DNA of 64,000 bases from Octopus vulgaris (lineage: Eukaryota), in contig OX597828.1 in assembly GCA_951406725.2 (NCBI GenBank), positions 65,534,001 through 65,598,000 of the forward strand, in the 5' to 3' direction. Position 1 is the stretch's first letter. Each line of letters starts with the position of its first letter. This document shows, piece after piece, positions 1 to 13,974 of this stretch. The position numbers and the translations under genes were made by a program. Below the pieces are notes generated by a model. The model searched no databases. It was not told the origin of the DNA and saw only the letters and a program-made list of their open reading frames with translations.

Positions 1-8
1 GTATAGCC

Positions 9-381
<373 letters not shown>

Positions 382-780
382 TATGATGGAGGGAGGGAGG
401 GAATTAGATTAGACTTTATTGAGACTAAAAGTTTTACCTTCGCACTTCAATAAGTCGCCAGTCAACTCTAACTTGATTAAGGAAATTTAATATTAGTTTA
501 AAAGTTCTACTATCAAGAAATTCTTGCTGTTTTTCTGTATTTATATATTGATTAAGAATATTACATTTACATGTGTTTGAATATGAGCTCTTATATACAT
601 ATATTATTATTGTTGTTGTTGTTGTTGTTACTATTATTATAAATGCTTTGCTGTTTATCTATATTCTTTTATTAACAACACAAAATATTACATTTATGTA
701 TGTGAATGTGTGAGTTTCTGTTTCTGTGTGCCTCAGTAGGTGTATGAATATGTGTGTTAATATATGTGGGTTTGCGTGTG

Positions 781-812
<32 letters not shown>

Positions 813-1319
813 TGTATGTATGTATGTATGTATGTATGTATGTATGTATGTATAATTATCTTCCTGCGCTGGTAGTCAAACATATAGATCGGTCTAATAC
901 ATTGAAACAAAATTAACAAAATTATTATTGATCAAGAAATATATTAAAAGTTCTGGACTAAAAAACAACAACTAATAGTTTTTCATCTGTCTGAAAGGTA
1001 TTCCCATGTCCGGGTAAGACCAGAAGCTTCAAAACAACCGATATGACTCCTCAGAGATTTGCTGTCATTCTGTTGAGTGTATGCGCACAGGAGATTAAAT
1101 TGGGAAAAATATACAGACATATTTCAACTTAGTTCGTTTTGAGTCCCATCTTTTTTATTTGTTGTTTTTTTTTTTCTTTTTATAAAATAAATGATATCAG
1201 CGAACATATTTAAAGGTATAAAATAATTTAAAAGACACCATAAAAAGCAATACTGAAGTGAAACATCAAATAAAATACATGTGAAAATATGTGCAAGTCA
1301 TTCATTTAAACACAGTAAC

Positions 1320-2340
1320 TCTCACAACGTCAAGGTCAGTTATTCTTGCTAAACAACATTGCTTCAAACATCGCACAGTATAACAGACACAGACGCTCAC
1401 CTACAGCAGCTCCAATACACACCCCATCCAGTAATTGCCGAAATCCTACCAGCTGCCGTTTCTCACAGGCTGTGGTCCGTAGAGCCACCCTCAATCCACT
1501 CGATGGTATTACAAGAAACTTCAGAGGAAGGTATACACAGCGTATGCGCTCGTTCGGGTGCAGAGATATGGAAAACTTCACTTCCTTGTTCTGTTTTACC
1601 TAGAGACTCGGTAATCATACTCACCAAGAACTCGCAATTGCGAACTCTGACTCTACGAGAGACCACGTACTCCACAAACCTTCAGTGTTCATCAACAAGA
1701 AAAATTATTATTGCTAGCAGAGGAATGCCCTGCTAATGAACAATTCAGCCTATAATCCCGATATACCACATAAGGCTTGACTGCTCCATTATAAAAGGCA
1801 CGGTAATTAACCCCTGCAGCCCGTATAAAGACTGCAGCCCCATCGATGGTCACAATCCAACCTTGCACCAAATTTTAGTCCACCACCACCAAATTTGGTT
1901 AATCCCAGTTAAAGGCCAATACCGCTAATAGGTATTTTCCACTAACCCGCGACAGCACACCGTTCTACTATGTGTAGTAGCAAAGGCAACGAACTGGTGT
2001 CGCTAAATAAGCCATACCGCAACCCCGATATTTCGGTGACAGCTACTAACCAACACCTGTTCGACCACATGGGTCTGATATTAAAGAAAGGAACTGGTGT
2101 CATTTCCAGACGAATAATACAACATGACGTGAGTTGATCAATAGAGGCTAACATCTTGAAGCCATCTTAAATTTGCCTCATGTCCTTTTACTTGATTTCT
2201 AGATACCTGACGATTACGTTCATTCTACGAGCTAAATAATCTAAAAGTCGCATGGAACTGAGTCAAACTGTTATTAAATAATACATGTAACTCATACAAA
2301 TTGTGTTGATTACCACTTTCTTTTCGTAGTCCACACATTC
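1320..2340 (+). mobile_element. Degenerate Penelope-like element: GIY-YIG region plus probable 3' UTR
   Basis: Translates (with frameshift) as NVKVSYSC/LNNIASNIAQYN...SNCRNPTSC...FRGRYTQRMRSF...ENFTSL, matching the PLE linker and GIY-YIG pattern KVSYSCMPN..CNCR..FKxRYxxHxxSF..STxLS; 3' extent uncertain. Confidence 0.7.
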
Positions 2341-2354
2341 GTCTCTCTCTCTCT

Positions 2355-2395
<41 letters not shown>

Positions 2396-2477
2396 GTCCC
2401 GGGTTGAGCCGGGGTTAACCACTGTAAATAAGGTACTCAATACATAGCTGAGTAAAGTAATTTTATTTTATAGAAGG

Positions 2478-2528
2478 AGCTTCAACAGGACTAGAACTGT
2501 TTCATTCAGATATAATCTTCAGGAAGCT
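2478..2528 (-). ncRNA. Type I hammerhead ribozyme in the left pLTR
   Basis: Minus strand reads AGCUUC-CUGAAGA-uuauaucugaau-GAAA-CAG uucuaguc CUG-UU-GAAGCU: intact core, 6-bp stem I, GUU triplet. Confidence 0.8.
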
Positions 2529-2980
2529 GGCTGTCAAAATAAGTTCTGGTATTTATGCATTTAGGCAGATTTAATAGAGTGGTGGTGGGGGGCGTTTTTG
2601 GGGTAGGTTGGTATTTAAGAGATAAACAGGACACAAGCTATTGTTCTTAGGGGAGTGGTCAAAAGGCCAGAGTGTTTTTTGAAATGAGAAGAATCAGTGA
2701 GAAAATAAATAAATGAATAAATAGAATAAATGAATAGAAACAGATATATGGGATGGGATTTTAGGTAAATTAGAAGACAATTGCTTTTTGGTGGTCAAGA
2801 AGAGGTAGGCGGTTTGTTATTGTTAGGTGGAGGGAATAAATGGATAAATATACATGAAAAAACATAAAATAAATATACATACAAACACGCATACATACAC
2901 ATGCGAATATACATATGTATACATACATACGCACATATATATATACATACATACACATACATACACATACACATAAACAT

Positions 2981-3020
<40 letters not shown>

Positions 3021-3084
3021 CATATACATATACGTACGTGCACCTACATACACACACACACACGCACATATATATACACATATA

Positions 3085-3134
<50 letters not shown>

Positions 3135-3176
3135 CACATATATATATATATATACAAATACACATAAGTATACATA

Positions 3177-3311
3177 TGCATTTCTGAGAGCTTGGAGATC
3201 TTATTCGCCAAAAGCCCTCTCCTCAACAAGATCTCGGAACACTCCCCAAACTGTATGCACAAAATCTATGCAAACTACAAAAATTACAGACCCACCCGGC
3301 CACCCGATTGA
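3177..3311 (+). pseudogene. C-terminal fragment of a PLE GIY-YIG endonuclease
   Basis: CISESLEILFAKSPLLNKISEHSPNCMHKIYANYKNYRPTRPPD*, matching the PLE C-terminal motif CLxEKLxIL...LLNKRSE..xCxH. Confidence 0.8.
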
Positions 3312-3553
3312 CGACACCCTACCCACAAAACCCATCACCCCCCCACCCCCGCCCCCACCACACCACCTTTCCTTCATCACCCCAATTACCTTCTCTCCTA
3401 AGACTATATACATATATATATATGTATACATATGTATATATGCACATATATGTATATATGTGCATATATATGTATGTGTGCATATGTATATGTACATGCG
3501 TATGTCTATGCGTATATATGTGTGTTTGTATGTATGTGTATGTATATGTATAC

Positions 3554-3595
<42 letters not shown>

Positions 3596-3596
3596 G

Positions 3597-3643
<47 letters not shown>

Positions 3644-4220
3644 GTTTGTATGTGTGTGTATGTATTTATTTATGTATGTATGTGTGTACATGTGTATATA
3701 TTTATATGTATGTATATGCATATGTATATGTTTATGTATTTATATATGTGTGCATATATGTGTATTTATATTTTTATATGTGTGTATGTATGTATATGTG
3801 TATATGGGTATATATTTATGGATGTATGTATATATATATATATATATATATAATGGGCATGTAGATTTATGTATGGGTATATATATATGTGTATATATGT
3901 AGATATGTATGTGTATGTAAGTGTATGTATGTGTATGTATGTGCATGTATGTATGTGTGTATGTATGTATATGCATGTGTGTATTTATATATGCATATAT
4001 GTATTTATATGCGTATATATGCTTATATATGCGTATATATATTTATATACACATAGGTTTTATATGTGCATGTGTGTTTATATATGCGTGTATATATTTA
4101 TGTGTGTGTTTGTTTGTACATACGTATTTATATGTATGTGTTTATATATGCATAATTATGTATATGTTTATATGTACGTAGGTATATTTATGTATGTATA
4201 CTTATATGTATTTGTATGTG

Positions 4221-4256
<36 letters not shown>

Positions 4257-4810
4257 TATGTATATATGTGTGTATATATGTATATATATGTGCGTGTGTG
4301 TGTGTATGTAGGTGCACGTATGTATATGTATATGTATATGTATATAATATATATATATATATGTGTGTATGTTTATGTGTATGTGTATGTATGTGTATGT
4401 ATGTATATATATATGTGCGTATGTATGTATACATATGTATATTCGCATGTGTATGTATGTATATTTATTTTATATGTTTTTTCATGTATATTTATCCATT
4501 TATTCCCTCCACCTAACAATAACAAACTGCCTACCTCTTCTTGACCACCAAAAAGCAATTGTCTTCTAATTTACCTAAAATCCCATCCTATATATCTGTT
4601 TCTATTCATTTATTCTATTTATTCATTTATTTATTTTCTCACTGATTCTTCTAATTTCAAAAGACACTCTGGCCTTTTGACCACTCCCCTAAGAACAATA
4701 GCTTGTGTCCTGTTTATCTCTTAAATACCAACCTACCCCAAAAACGTCCCCCACCACCACTCTATTAAATCTGCCTAAATGCATAAATACCAGAACTTAT
4801 TTTGACAGCC

Positions 4811-4862
4811 AGCTTCCTGAAGATTTCATCTGAATGAAACAGTTCTAGTCCTGTAGAAAGCT
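4811..4862 (+). ncRNA. Type I hammerhead ribozyme in the right pLTR
   Basis: AGCUUC-CUGAAGA-uUUCaucuGAAu-GAAA-CAG uucuaguc CUG-UA-GAAAGCU: intact core, GUA triplet. Confidence 0.8.
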
Positions 4863-4873
4863 CCTTCTATAAA

Positions 4874-4945
<72 letters not shown>

Positions 4946-4949
<4 letters not shown>

Positions 4950-5200
4950 GGAGAATTCACGTAAAAAAACAAAAGACGAAGACAGGTGGTGTACAAAACA
5001 AACAAATGTATTAGTATAACGCTACGCTCGGGAATTGAATAAGTCTTTTACGTTTCGAGCCTACGCTCTTCTACAGAAAGAAAAAAGGAGAGAAACAAGG
5101 AAAGAAAAAAAATGTGTGCAGTGGCGACCGATCTATAATGGCGACTGTCGGACAGAAGGGTCACAACAGGAAAGTTTAGAAAGTAGAAAAATAATAGTAA
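4946..5200 (-). mobile_element. PLE pLTR-like fragment with a minimal hammerhead (5045-5080)
   Basis: Minus strand CUUU-CUGUAGA-A-GAGC guag GCUC-GAAA-CG-UA-AAAG; abuts (TA)n; same module recurs at 15295. Confidence 0.65.
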
Positions 5201-5393
5201 TAATAATAATAATAGTTCTACGTAAAGTTCAAAGGTTGCAGACGTTGTGGTGTATTGCAAGGATTTTCACCAAAAGTAGAGTCCATATATATATTTATAT
5301 ATTCCCCTCTATGATTAGCCCCTTGTGGGTAGTAAAGAAATATATATATATATATATATATCTTTGTGTGTGTATGTATGTATGTATGTATGT

Positions 5394-5460
<67 letters not shown>

Positions 5461-5468
5461 AACGCACG

Positions 5469-5504
<36 letters not shown>

Positions 5505-5790
5505 GTGAGGACACATGGCCTAATGCACTCCCGATCGCTAGATCGTAATTTTAATTCCTAAACCGGGTGGTGTGTTGTGTTCTTGAGCAAAACACTTCAT
5601 CTCAGGTTTCTCTGCGATCGCTTCGACTACTGACGCGTGGTACACAATGCCCTCATTCAAACAACGTCGATTTGATGGAGAGAGTGAGGTAATGTGCGTC
5701 CCGAACATTTAATCACTATAAACAAATCTTTTGTGCAGATCGTTTAGTAAAAAGTGAACGCTCATATGTCGTCTTTGACAGGAGAGTCCA
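5505..5790 (+). mobile_element. Diverged tRNA-derived SINE related to family C
   Basis: Head resembles the 6565 copy; shares CCGGG...TGTTGTGTTCTTGAGCAA. Confidence 0.55.
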
Positions 5791-6564
5791 TCATATATGT
5801 GTATGGGTACATATATATATATGTGTCGATAAAATGAGTTCCAGTTAAACCCTGGAGTCGATGTTATCGACTACCCACTCCCTTAAAATTGCTGGCCTTG
5901 TGCCGAGATTTGAAACCATTATTAACGTTGTTGATGATGATGTTTCTCTTTATAATGTATTTTCTCTCTGCAGCACCAAATTTTATCTTCTCTGCATGTA
6001 TTTTGTTCTTTTTATGTGAAAATGAGTTTGATACATTCAGCTTACGGAGAAACCGATTTACGTAGAATGCTTGATGTACCATCGTTATTCTTTTGTGGTA
6101 TGTGGGAAATGGGCGTCAACGGGAATTTCATACTTTTTCTATATTTGTGTGAAACAGTTGTATCCCACATGTTTCTAAATTTATATTTACACTCTTTCAA
6201 CTTCCTTCCGGGCAGTGATCTTCCTTCTGATCAACCTATCTTTAGAAACACTGTCTAGATATATTGCCATGATTTCCGCGTTTCTTTGGACACATCCCAG
6301 ACTACTGTAACTTTCAATAACAGTTTTAAGAAGTATCTGTGCATTTTATTGTGTTTCCTGACTTGGTAGCGTTTGTATGTTTACCCAGTCAGCATAGCAA
6401 CATTATTTTATCATCTATGTTTTGTTCTAATTTAACCAAGACTGAAACCGAGACAATATGGTCAGTTGATTCTTAGTCTTTTCTACAAGCTTCATATTTA
6501 TTGCTTCTAACTTGATAAATTACATGTTTTAGACATTCCTTTTTTTGTGTATATGGTTTAGTGA

Positions 6565-6900
6565 AGGCGCATGGCTCAGTGGTTAGAGCGTCGAGCTTAG
6601 GATCGTGAGGTTGTGAGCTCGAATCCCGGACCGGGCTGCATGTTGTGTTCTTGAGCAAGTTACTTTATTTCACGTTGCTCCAGTTCACTCAGCTGTAGAA
6701 ATGAGTTGCGACGTCACTGGTGCCAAGCTGTATCAACCCCTTTGCCTTTCCCTTGGATAACACTGGTGGCGTGGAGAGGAGAAGCCGGTATGCATGAGCG
6801 ACTGCTGGTCTTCCATAAACCATCTTGCCCAGACATGTGACTAGGAGGGTAACTTTCTAGGTGCAATCCCATGGTCAGTGTCGTGACCGAAGGGGGTCCC
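6565..6900 (+). mobile_element. tRNA-derived SINE family C
   Basis: A-box TGGCTCAGTGG, B-box-like GCTCGAATCCC; 3' body repeated at 33575-33765. Confidence 0.8.
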
Positions 6901-7584
6901 GACCGACCGGGTTTAGTGTACCGATTATCAAATGTTCAGTTTTGCTGTTGTGGAAGTACTGGGATGCCTTTCACGTTTATCTCCTCACCATGTCCCAGTT
7001 TATCTGGACTCTTCTCAAAAGTCCTATCCCTGAAACCCTCAACGAACGTGATCAGCTCCTCTACATTTTTAACTTTTAGTGTGCATTTAATTATTTATTT
7101 TTCTAAAGAAAAGGGAATTTGCATTTTAATAACGTTCTCAGATTTTTGTATAGAAACTGTCCTTTCTTTTTGATCGCTCAGTATTTTCTTATAATTCTCT
7201 TCTTAGGAATCTTCTCTCACATTCAGTGAATAGTTAGTCCATGTTATAAGTTTCAGTGCATTGTAAAATTAAGTAGAACAAACAAGGAATGTTCATGTTA
7301 TCTTCACTCTTTTGTTCTATGACCTTTGGAGTCGAAGGTTAATATAGGTGTTATCTGTGTATTCAGAAGAACGAATCACTTTCAGAAACTTTATAATTAT
7401 CTTTATTATTCAAAATCTGGGAAATCATCAATTTTCTTCTTAAAGCAAGGATTGAGTGCATTGTGGAGAACATGCATAAAGGCGTTTGACATGAATATTG
7501 ATGTTCAAGCTAAATATTTTGTTGTTCAAGGTTTTGTTCTGTTTTATTTTTGTCCCCCACCTTGTGTTGTCCCCTCTATATACG

Positions 7585-8020
7585 GCCTTCGTGGCCAATT
7601 TCATAAAATAAAGAATTTTGCTTCCCAACCACATGGTTCTGTGTTCAGTCCCACTGCGTGGCGCCTTGGGCAAGTGTCTTCGACTATAGCCTCGGGCCGA
7701 CCAAAACCTTGTGAGTGGATTTGGTAGGCAGAAACTGAAAGAAGGCTATCGTATATATATGTGTGTGTGTATGTGTGTGTGTGTGTATGTATGTATATCT
7801 ATGTGTGCGTCCTTCCGTCTGCGGTTGTCCCACCACCACTGCTTGACAACCGGTGTTTGCGTCCCTGTAAATCTAGCGGTTCGGCAAAAGAGACCGATAG
7901 AATATGTATCAGGCTTTAAAAAAATCAAGTACAGGGATAGATTCATTCGACTAAAAAAGAATTCAATGCGCTGCCCCAGCATGGCCGCAATCTAGTGACT
8001 GAAACAAGTAAGAGAAAAGT
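7585..8020 (+). mobile_element. CORE-like SINE family B with internal microsatellite
   Basis: CCTTGGGCAAGTGTCTT...TGTGAGTGGATTTGGTAG..GAAACTGAAAGAAG, then TA/TG repeat and a conserved 3' half; multiple copies in window. Confidence 0.8.
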
Positions 8021-8912
8021 ATATATATATATATATAGGTGTATGTGTGTTATAAATACATGTATATATGGGTCTAACATAGTATCAATGGTTAATATAC
8101 AAGTACATTAGCGAGCACAGCATATTACTGAAAAAAAGTGAACAAGATCGCCTATAGGATTTGAACCATGCATCTGTCGAATACCACTTGACTGCGATAA
8201 CAGCAAAGCGACCCACCACTCGCTGCTACCGAATTTGGCACGAGCAAACATACCATTAGAGTAACCATTGTTTGCCTCTATTTGTATCTCACAAACTCCG
8301 TTGGTATTTTTGATAGCCTCGAGTGTGAGTGTGCGTGTGTGTACGTATGTGTATGTGAGAGAAAGAGAGAGAGGGGGTGAGGAAGAGAAGGAGAGAGTAA
8401 CAACTACACAAACATAAATGAACAGCAATGCAAGATATTTCATGTAAGTTGGCTGCGGGCACGAATCCAGAATAAATTTTAGAAATTCATCGCCGAACAC
8501 CAAACAAAATAATACTAAATTCTGACTGACGAAAATAATTTCCTAAACACAAGAATCTCCTAATCTTTATGTATATATGTATATTGCTAATTTTTCACAA
8601 ACCATCCAAATTCCAGACATGTATTATCCATGCAGATATTTTTAAACGTATAAATTATGATAGCTATCGAAATTCCTCTGCAGTCCCAGGCTGCTTACCC
8701 ACATCAGCAAGATGTCTACCGCCTTTAGGTTTGTTCTTTCCGTGCGTTTCTTTAACGCTATATTGTGTGTGGAATGACAAATAAAAAAGCTACACAAAAT
8801 ACCAGAAAATTCCTAATAGCTTTGTATATTGAGGGTAGAGCGTGGAGAGGTTCGCTCAGCGTAGTTATTTTTCTTTTTTAAAATGTTATTTTTTACAGTC
8901 GATTAATACACA

Positions 8913-9146
8913 GGCGCAGGAGTGGCTGTGTGGTAAGTAGATTGCTTACTAACCACATGGTTCCGGGTTCAGTCCCACTGCGTGGCACCTTGGACAAATG
9001 TCATCTACTTTAGCCTCGCGTTGAGCAAAGCCTTGTGAGTGGATTTGGTAGACGGAAACTGAAAGAAGCCTGTTATATATGTGCGTGTGTGTGTTTGTCC
9101 TTGACAACCGATGCTGGTGTGGTTACGTCCCTGTAACTTAGCGGTT
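8913..9146 (+). mobile_element. SINE family B, 3'-truncated
   Basis: GGCGCAGGAGTGGCTGTGTGGTAAG...GGTTCAGTCCCACTGCGTGGCACC head and core. Confidence 0.8.
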
Positions 9147-9339
9147 AGACCTGCAGAGTGATGGGTACGACCCAGTCTAAAAGTATCCAGAACATTTCGT
9201 ATGTTATGATTATGCTTCTACGCCGCCAATATGTTAAGTACCAGTAATATGTCACGGCACATATGTAAGTTTACCTTTTTCTGGTGTTTTTCTTTTTGTG
9301 GTTTTGATTTAAACATCGTTGTTATCCATTCGTAAATAC

Positions 9340-9737
9340 TGGTTTCAAATGTTTTCACAAGGCCAGCAATTTCAAGGAGGGGATAAGTCGATTACATCGA
9401 CTCCAGTTCTCAACTGGTACTTATTTTATCGACCCCGAGAGGATGAAAGGCAAAGTCGACCTCGGCAGAATTTGAACTCAGAACGTAGCGGTAAACGAAA
9501 TACCTATTTCTTTACTACCCACAAGGGGCTAAACACAGAGAGGACAAACAAGGACAGACACACGGATTAAGTCGATTATATCTTCCCCAGTGCGTAACTG
9601 GTACTTATTTAATCGACCCCGAAAGGATGGCAGGCAAAGTCGACCTCGGCGGAATTTGAACTCAGAACGTAACGGTAGACGAAATACCGCTAATCATTTC
9701 GCCCGGCATGCTAACGTTTCTGCCAGCTCGCCGCCTT
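9340..9737 (-). mobile_element. SINE A with a nested or chained second SINE A
   Basis: Two cores in tandem, junction at GAAATACC|TATTTCTTTAC; TSD-like TTATCCATTC(G/A)TAAATACT on both sides. Confidence 0.85.
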
Positions 9738-11077
9738 TATCCATTCATAAATACTAAAGACTGCCCTTGGAAAGAATGTCTAAAATTTGTAATTAACTGT
9801 AAACTATATCAGTGCTTATGAAATACAACTTAATACAACCGTATTATCTTATATATAATATATTCGTTAAAAGTAACTGAGAAGATAAAGCAACAAGATT
9901 CTTTTACCTAGTTTTCAGAACCAACAATCTCATTGTTGGCGTTACATCGTGTTTCTGAATGACTTCTTTGAACTCTATTTACCGAAACGATTTCCGTGTA
10001 GCAAATATATCCCTGCTGCATATCTTTGGTTTTGATTACATTCCGTAAAATTATGGATCTTTTAACCTCTTAACTGTCTTAGGCTGAAGCTTGCATATAT
10101 TTCATTCTCTGCATCGTCTTTAATTCGCTTAGTTGTGATACAGTAGAATGCTAATAATTCCTCCAAGCCTACCCCATTCGTTCTCTTCTCTTCCCTCAAT
10201 CACATTTACTGCATCTTACTTCTAGATTTTCTACGAATCTCATTTAAAATCATTCCCGTCTCTCACCCCTCTAAAATTGCTTTCGGCTCCGATTATTTTT
10301 TCTTCCAGATACTACCTAGTATTCATTGATCTCATTGCAAAACAACACAACATCTCGAGCAATGCTATAATCGCATCAATCTGATCCAGTTCTTTTCATT
10401 TCCTATCTTGGAAAATTTGAAATAAGTATATCTAACCTTGGTACTAACAAAAAAGCTTCCAGAGTCGAGGTCCAATTTTTGTAAACTTCCAAAATTCACA
10501 GACGCAAACATTCATTACTTTTTACAGACGAAGATAAACTGCAAAATAGACTGTTTATGGCTTTTTTTCAATGACGATAAGGTAATAATTGGATGTCTAT
10601 TCAAGCTGTGAATGGAAAGCAACTCACAAATGTAGCCCACTGAGTACTGACTGTTGAGTAATTTCGTACTTTTATACAAGTCCACAAATTTCAACCGAGA
10701 GAGACATAGAGACATAGAGAGACTGGTACTTATTCTTCTATAAACTCTTGTGGTGAGATAAAAGTTAAAGTCAATGTATTCTTCACTTGAATGTAGGGCA
10801 TAAAATAGTCAAACAAATAGTGATATCAGAATTTAAGGATTTCTAATTTATGTACAAAGACTCCAATTTTTTGTGGGTGGGATGTTAGTCCAGTGCACGG
10901 ATCCCACCACGTGGTTGGTTCTTTATTTCATCGATTCTGAAACGATGTAACCTAATGTTGACTTCTAAGTTTGAACGCAAAAAGACAGAAAAATGCTGCT
11001 ATGTAAAACTATGCATAAAAAATGCAAAACTCTAACGACTCCGCTAATCCACAACCTTAAATGTGCCCAAAAAAATC

Positions 11078-11772
11078 ATCGGTTTCAAATTTTGACACAA
11101 GGCCAACAGGTGTGGAGAAGGAGGGGGTAAATTGATTACATCGACCCCAGTGCTCAACTCTTATTTTATCGACCCCGAATAGATGAAAGGTAAAGTCGAC
11201 CTCTTCGGAATTCGAACTCAAGCATTTTGTCCGGCATGCTAGCGATTCTGCCAGTTCACCACCTTCTACCAAACATTGGTTTCAAATTTTGGCATAAGGC
11301 CAGCAATTTCGGGGAAGACAATAAGTGAATTATGTCGACCCCCCGGTATTGGAGTGGTACTCATTTTATCGACTCCAAAAGAATGAAATGCAATGTCGAC
11401 CTCAGCGAAATTCGAACTCAGAACATAAACACAAACCCGATGTGCTAACGACTCTGCCAGCTCGCCACATAATATCAAAGAAATATTCATTCGTGCTTTG
11501 TCAGTAACGAGATCTGAACTCGCAACACGTGAGCAAAGATACCCATTTCTTTACTACCCACAAGGGGCTAAACACAGAGGGGACAAACAAGGACAGACAA
11601 ACGGATTAAGCCGATTACATCGACCCCAGTGCGTAACTGGTACTTAATTTATCGACTCCGAAAGGATGAAAGGCAAAGTCGACCTCGGCGGAATTTGAAC
11701 TCAGAACGTAAGGGCAGACGAAATACGGTTACGCATTTCGCCCGGCGTGCTAACGTTTCTGCCAGCTCGCCA
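11078..11772 (-). mobile_element. Three tandem SINE A copies
   Basis: Copies at ~11078-11265, 11276-11468 and 11545-11772. Confidence 0.85.
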
Positions 11773-12750
11773 CATGATATCAAACAAATATTCATTCGTG
11801 CTTTCTCAGTAACGAGATCTGAACTCGCAACACGTGAGCAAAGATACCGCTTTGCTAATCCACCATCACTGCTTTCTTTGTATCACTCGATAAAGTCAAT
11901 GACGACATCAACCTATATTAAACGATCCACACCTGTTTAAGTGACTTCTATTAAAGAAAAGAATATTAAAAAAGAGAACGAATTGAAAAACGAGAAACTA
12001 AAACAAGATAGAAAATTGATATAAAGGTTTAAGAAGGAATACCGAAACATGAAAGATGCTTCGTAATATATTCTGGTGAGCTGTCCATCTAAACTGATCT
12101 ATAAATCAGTCGTATCGATTTTTATTATGATTGCTGAATGATATAAAACACAGCTGATGGAGCAAGATATTGGTAACGATACACTACGCATGCGCACACC
12201 AACAAACACAAACTTTAGAATATGTAATTACTCAGGCAGAAATATGTGTGATGTATATATGCATGTGTATATGTGTGTGTATATATGTATACATATGTAT
12301 ATGCGAGCGTATATTTGTGTTTGTGCGAATTCATATGTGCATACATATATATAATATTTTATATGTATTATGTATGAACATGTATATGTATTTATGTACA
12401 TACACAGAGGCATACATATATATATATATATTATTATATCTATATTTGCATATGTAATGCAATTGTATATGTGAGTGTATATAGCTTTATACATTTTCTA
12501 CACATTCACTAGATAAACAGTACGATTGGATTTTAGTGAAATTACATTATCAAATGGATGTGTATCAAGAATTGGTAAGTTCAATTAAAGTTGGAGCTTA
12601 ACTCAATATCTGGAATTGGCAAGATACAAGCGGTCAAGATATGTTTTTGGATCAATGACAATTATTCTCAAACAACATATACACGCACAACAATACACAC
12701 ATACATGTATATTTACATAGCCATACTTATTACAAATATTGATTATAGAT

Positions 12751-12799
<49 letters not shown>

Positions 12800-12821
12800 G
12801 GATAGATAGATGCAAGATGGA

Positions 12822-12852
<31 letters not shown>

Positions 12853-12937
12853 ATATATATATATATATAACACAAATATATATATGTATGTGTGTGTATA
12901 TATATATATATATATATACATATATACATATATATTC

Positions 12938-12997
<60 letters not shown>

Positions 12998-13974
12998 ATA
13001 TATAAATAAACATATATATAAACATATATATATAAACATATATTGTATGCAACGTATACATGCAATGTGTGTGTATGCGTGTGTGTGGGTGGGTGTGTGT
13101 GTGAGTGTGTGTGTGTGTTTGCGTGTGTCCGTGTTAGTGTGGGGCGGGTTGTTCTGATCTGTGCTTGTGTATGGTATTTGTGATAAGAAGGGATAAAATT
13201 ACCGAAGACTGAGAAAAAAAAATCCCTCTTCGCAAGAATTCTTCATTGTATTCATGCTTTTCTTTCATTTGATTTTAATCTACTGTGTTACTGTGTTGAC
13301 ATTGTGTAAAACCAAAATTAGATTACCACGGTCGTATAAAAGCTTCTGCTGTTCCTTTGTGAACAACCAGAGATAAATAAGAGATAAATATAAGAAAGTA
13401 AGAAAAGAAACACAAACATCACGAAAAAAAAATATCTATAGTAATTTGATAATATTGTAGAGATACGTAAGTTTTTATCCAACAATGCCACTGTGGTCCA
13501 AGCTGAATGTCCACTGAATAAGGCAATGCCCAGAACACTATTTAATAAGAATTTCGATTGGGTTTGCTTCGAAAATATATGGTGAGAGAATTCTGTTTGT
13601 CTATTCGTACTTATCTTGACATAATATATGTTATAGGTACACAAGGACAGGTATAAGATTTTGGGCCGTTGATTTTTGATGCCCGATTGGAACAATTTCT
13701 TTTCAAGTCTTTATTTACGATTCTTATGCTCTTAAGAATGGCATGAACATCACACAGGCTTATTTTCCTTTCATATTCCCTTATAAATCTAGGCCTTCAG
13801 TATAGAACGAATTTCACTTACACTAACAGTACTTTTCAAGCGGTTTTCTACAAGTTTCTGTAATAAATATACATACATACATACATACATACATACATAC
13901 ATACATACATACATACATACATACATACATGCATGCATGCATGCATGCATACATACATGCATATGTGTGAGTGG

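Larger units (their letters stand above)
2394..4878 (+). mobile_element. 5'-truncated Penelope-like element with inverted pseudo-LTRs
   Basis: Inverted arms 2462-3176 and ~4194-4878; central ORF remnant 3177-3311; a hammerhead in each arm; (TA)n on both flanks. Confidence 0.85.

Noticed and set aside
2200-2270. CTGACGA...TAATC-TAAA possible hammerhead after the first PLE remnant
   Set aside because: GAAA box absent and no convincing stem I or III
2770-4569. Many long ORFs rich in Y/I/C/V/M/H/T (also 12157-13065, 16644-17331, 39493-40032, 56056-56707, 61679-63259)
   Set aside because: Read-through of TA/CA/TATG microsatellites, which lack stop codons
6565-6640. tRNA-like sequences (also 44685-44757, 51107-51180, 8140-8240)
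   Set aside because: SINE heads or decayed relics without a complete cloverleaf, continuing into repeat bodies
11629-11940. Recurrent ORF MRNWYLIYR..KDERQSRPRRNLNSER
   Set aside because: Antisense translation of SINE A, not a protein family
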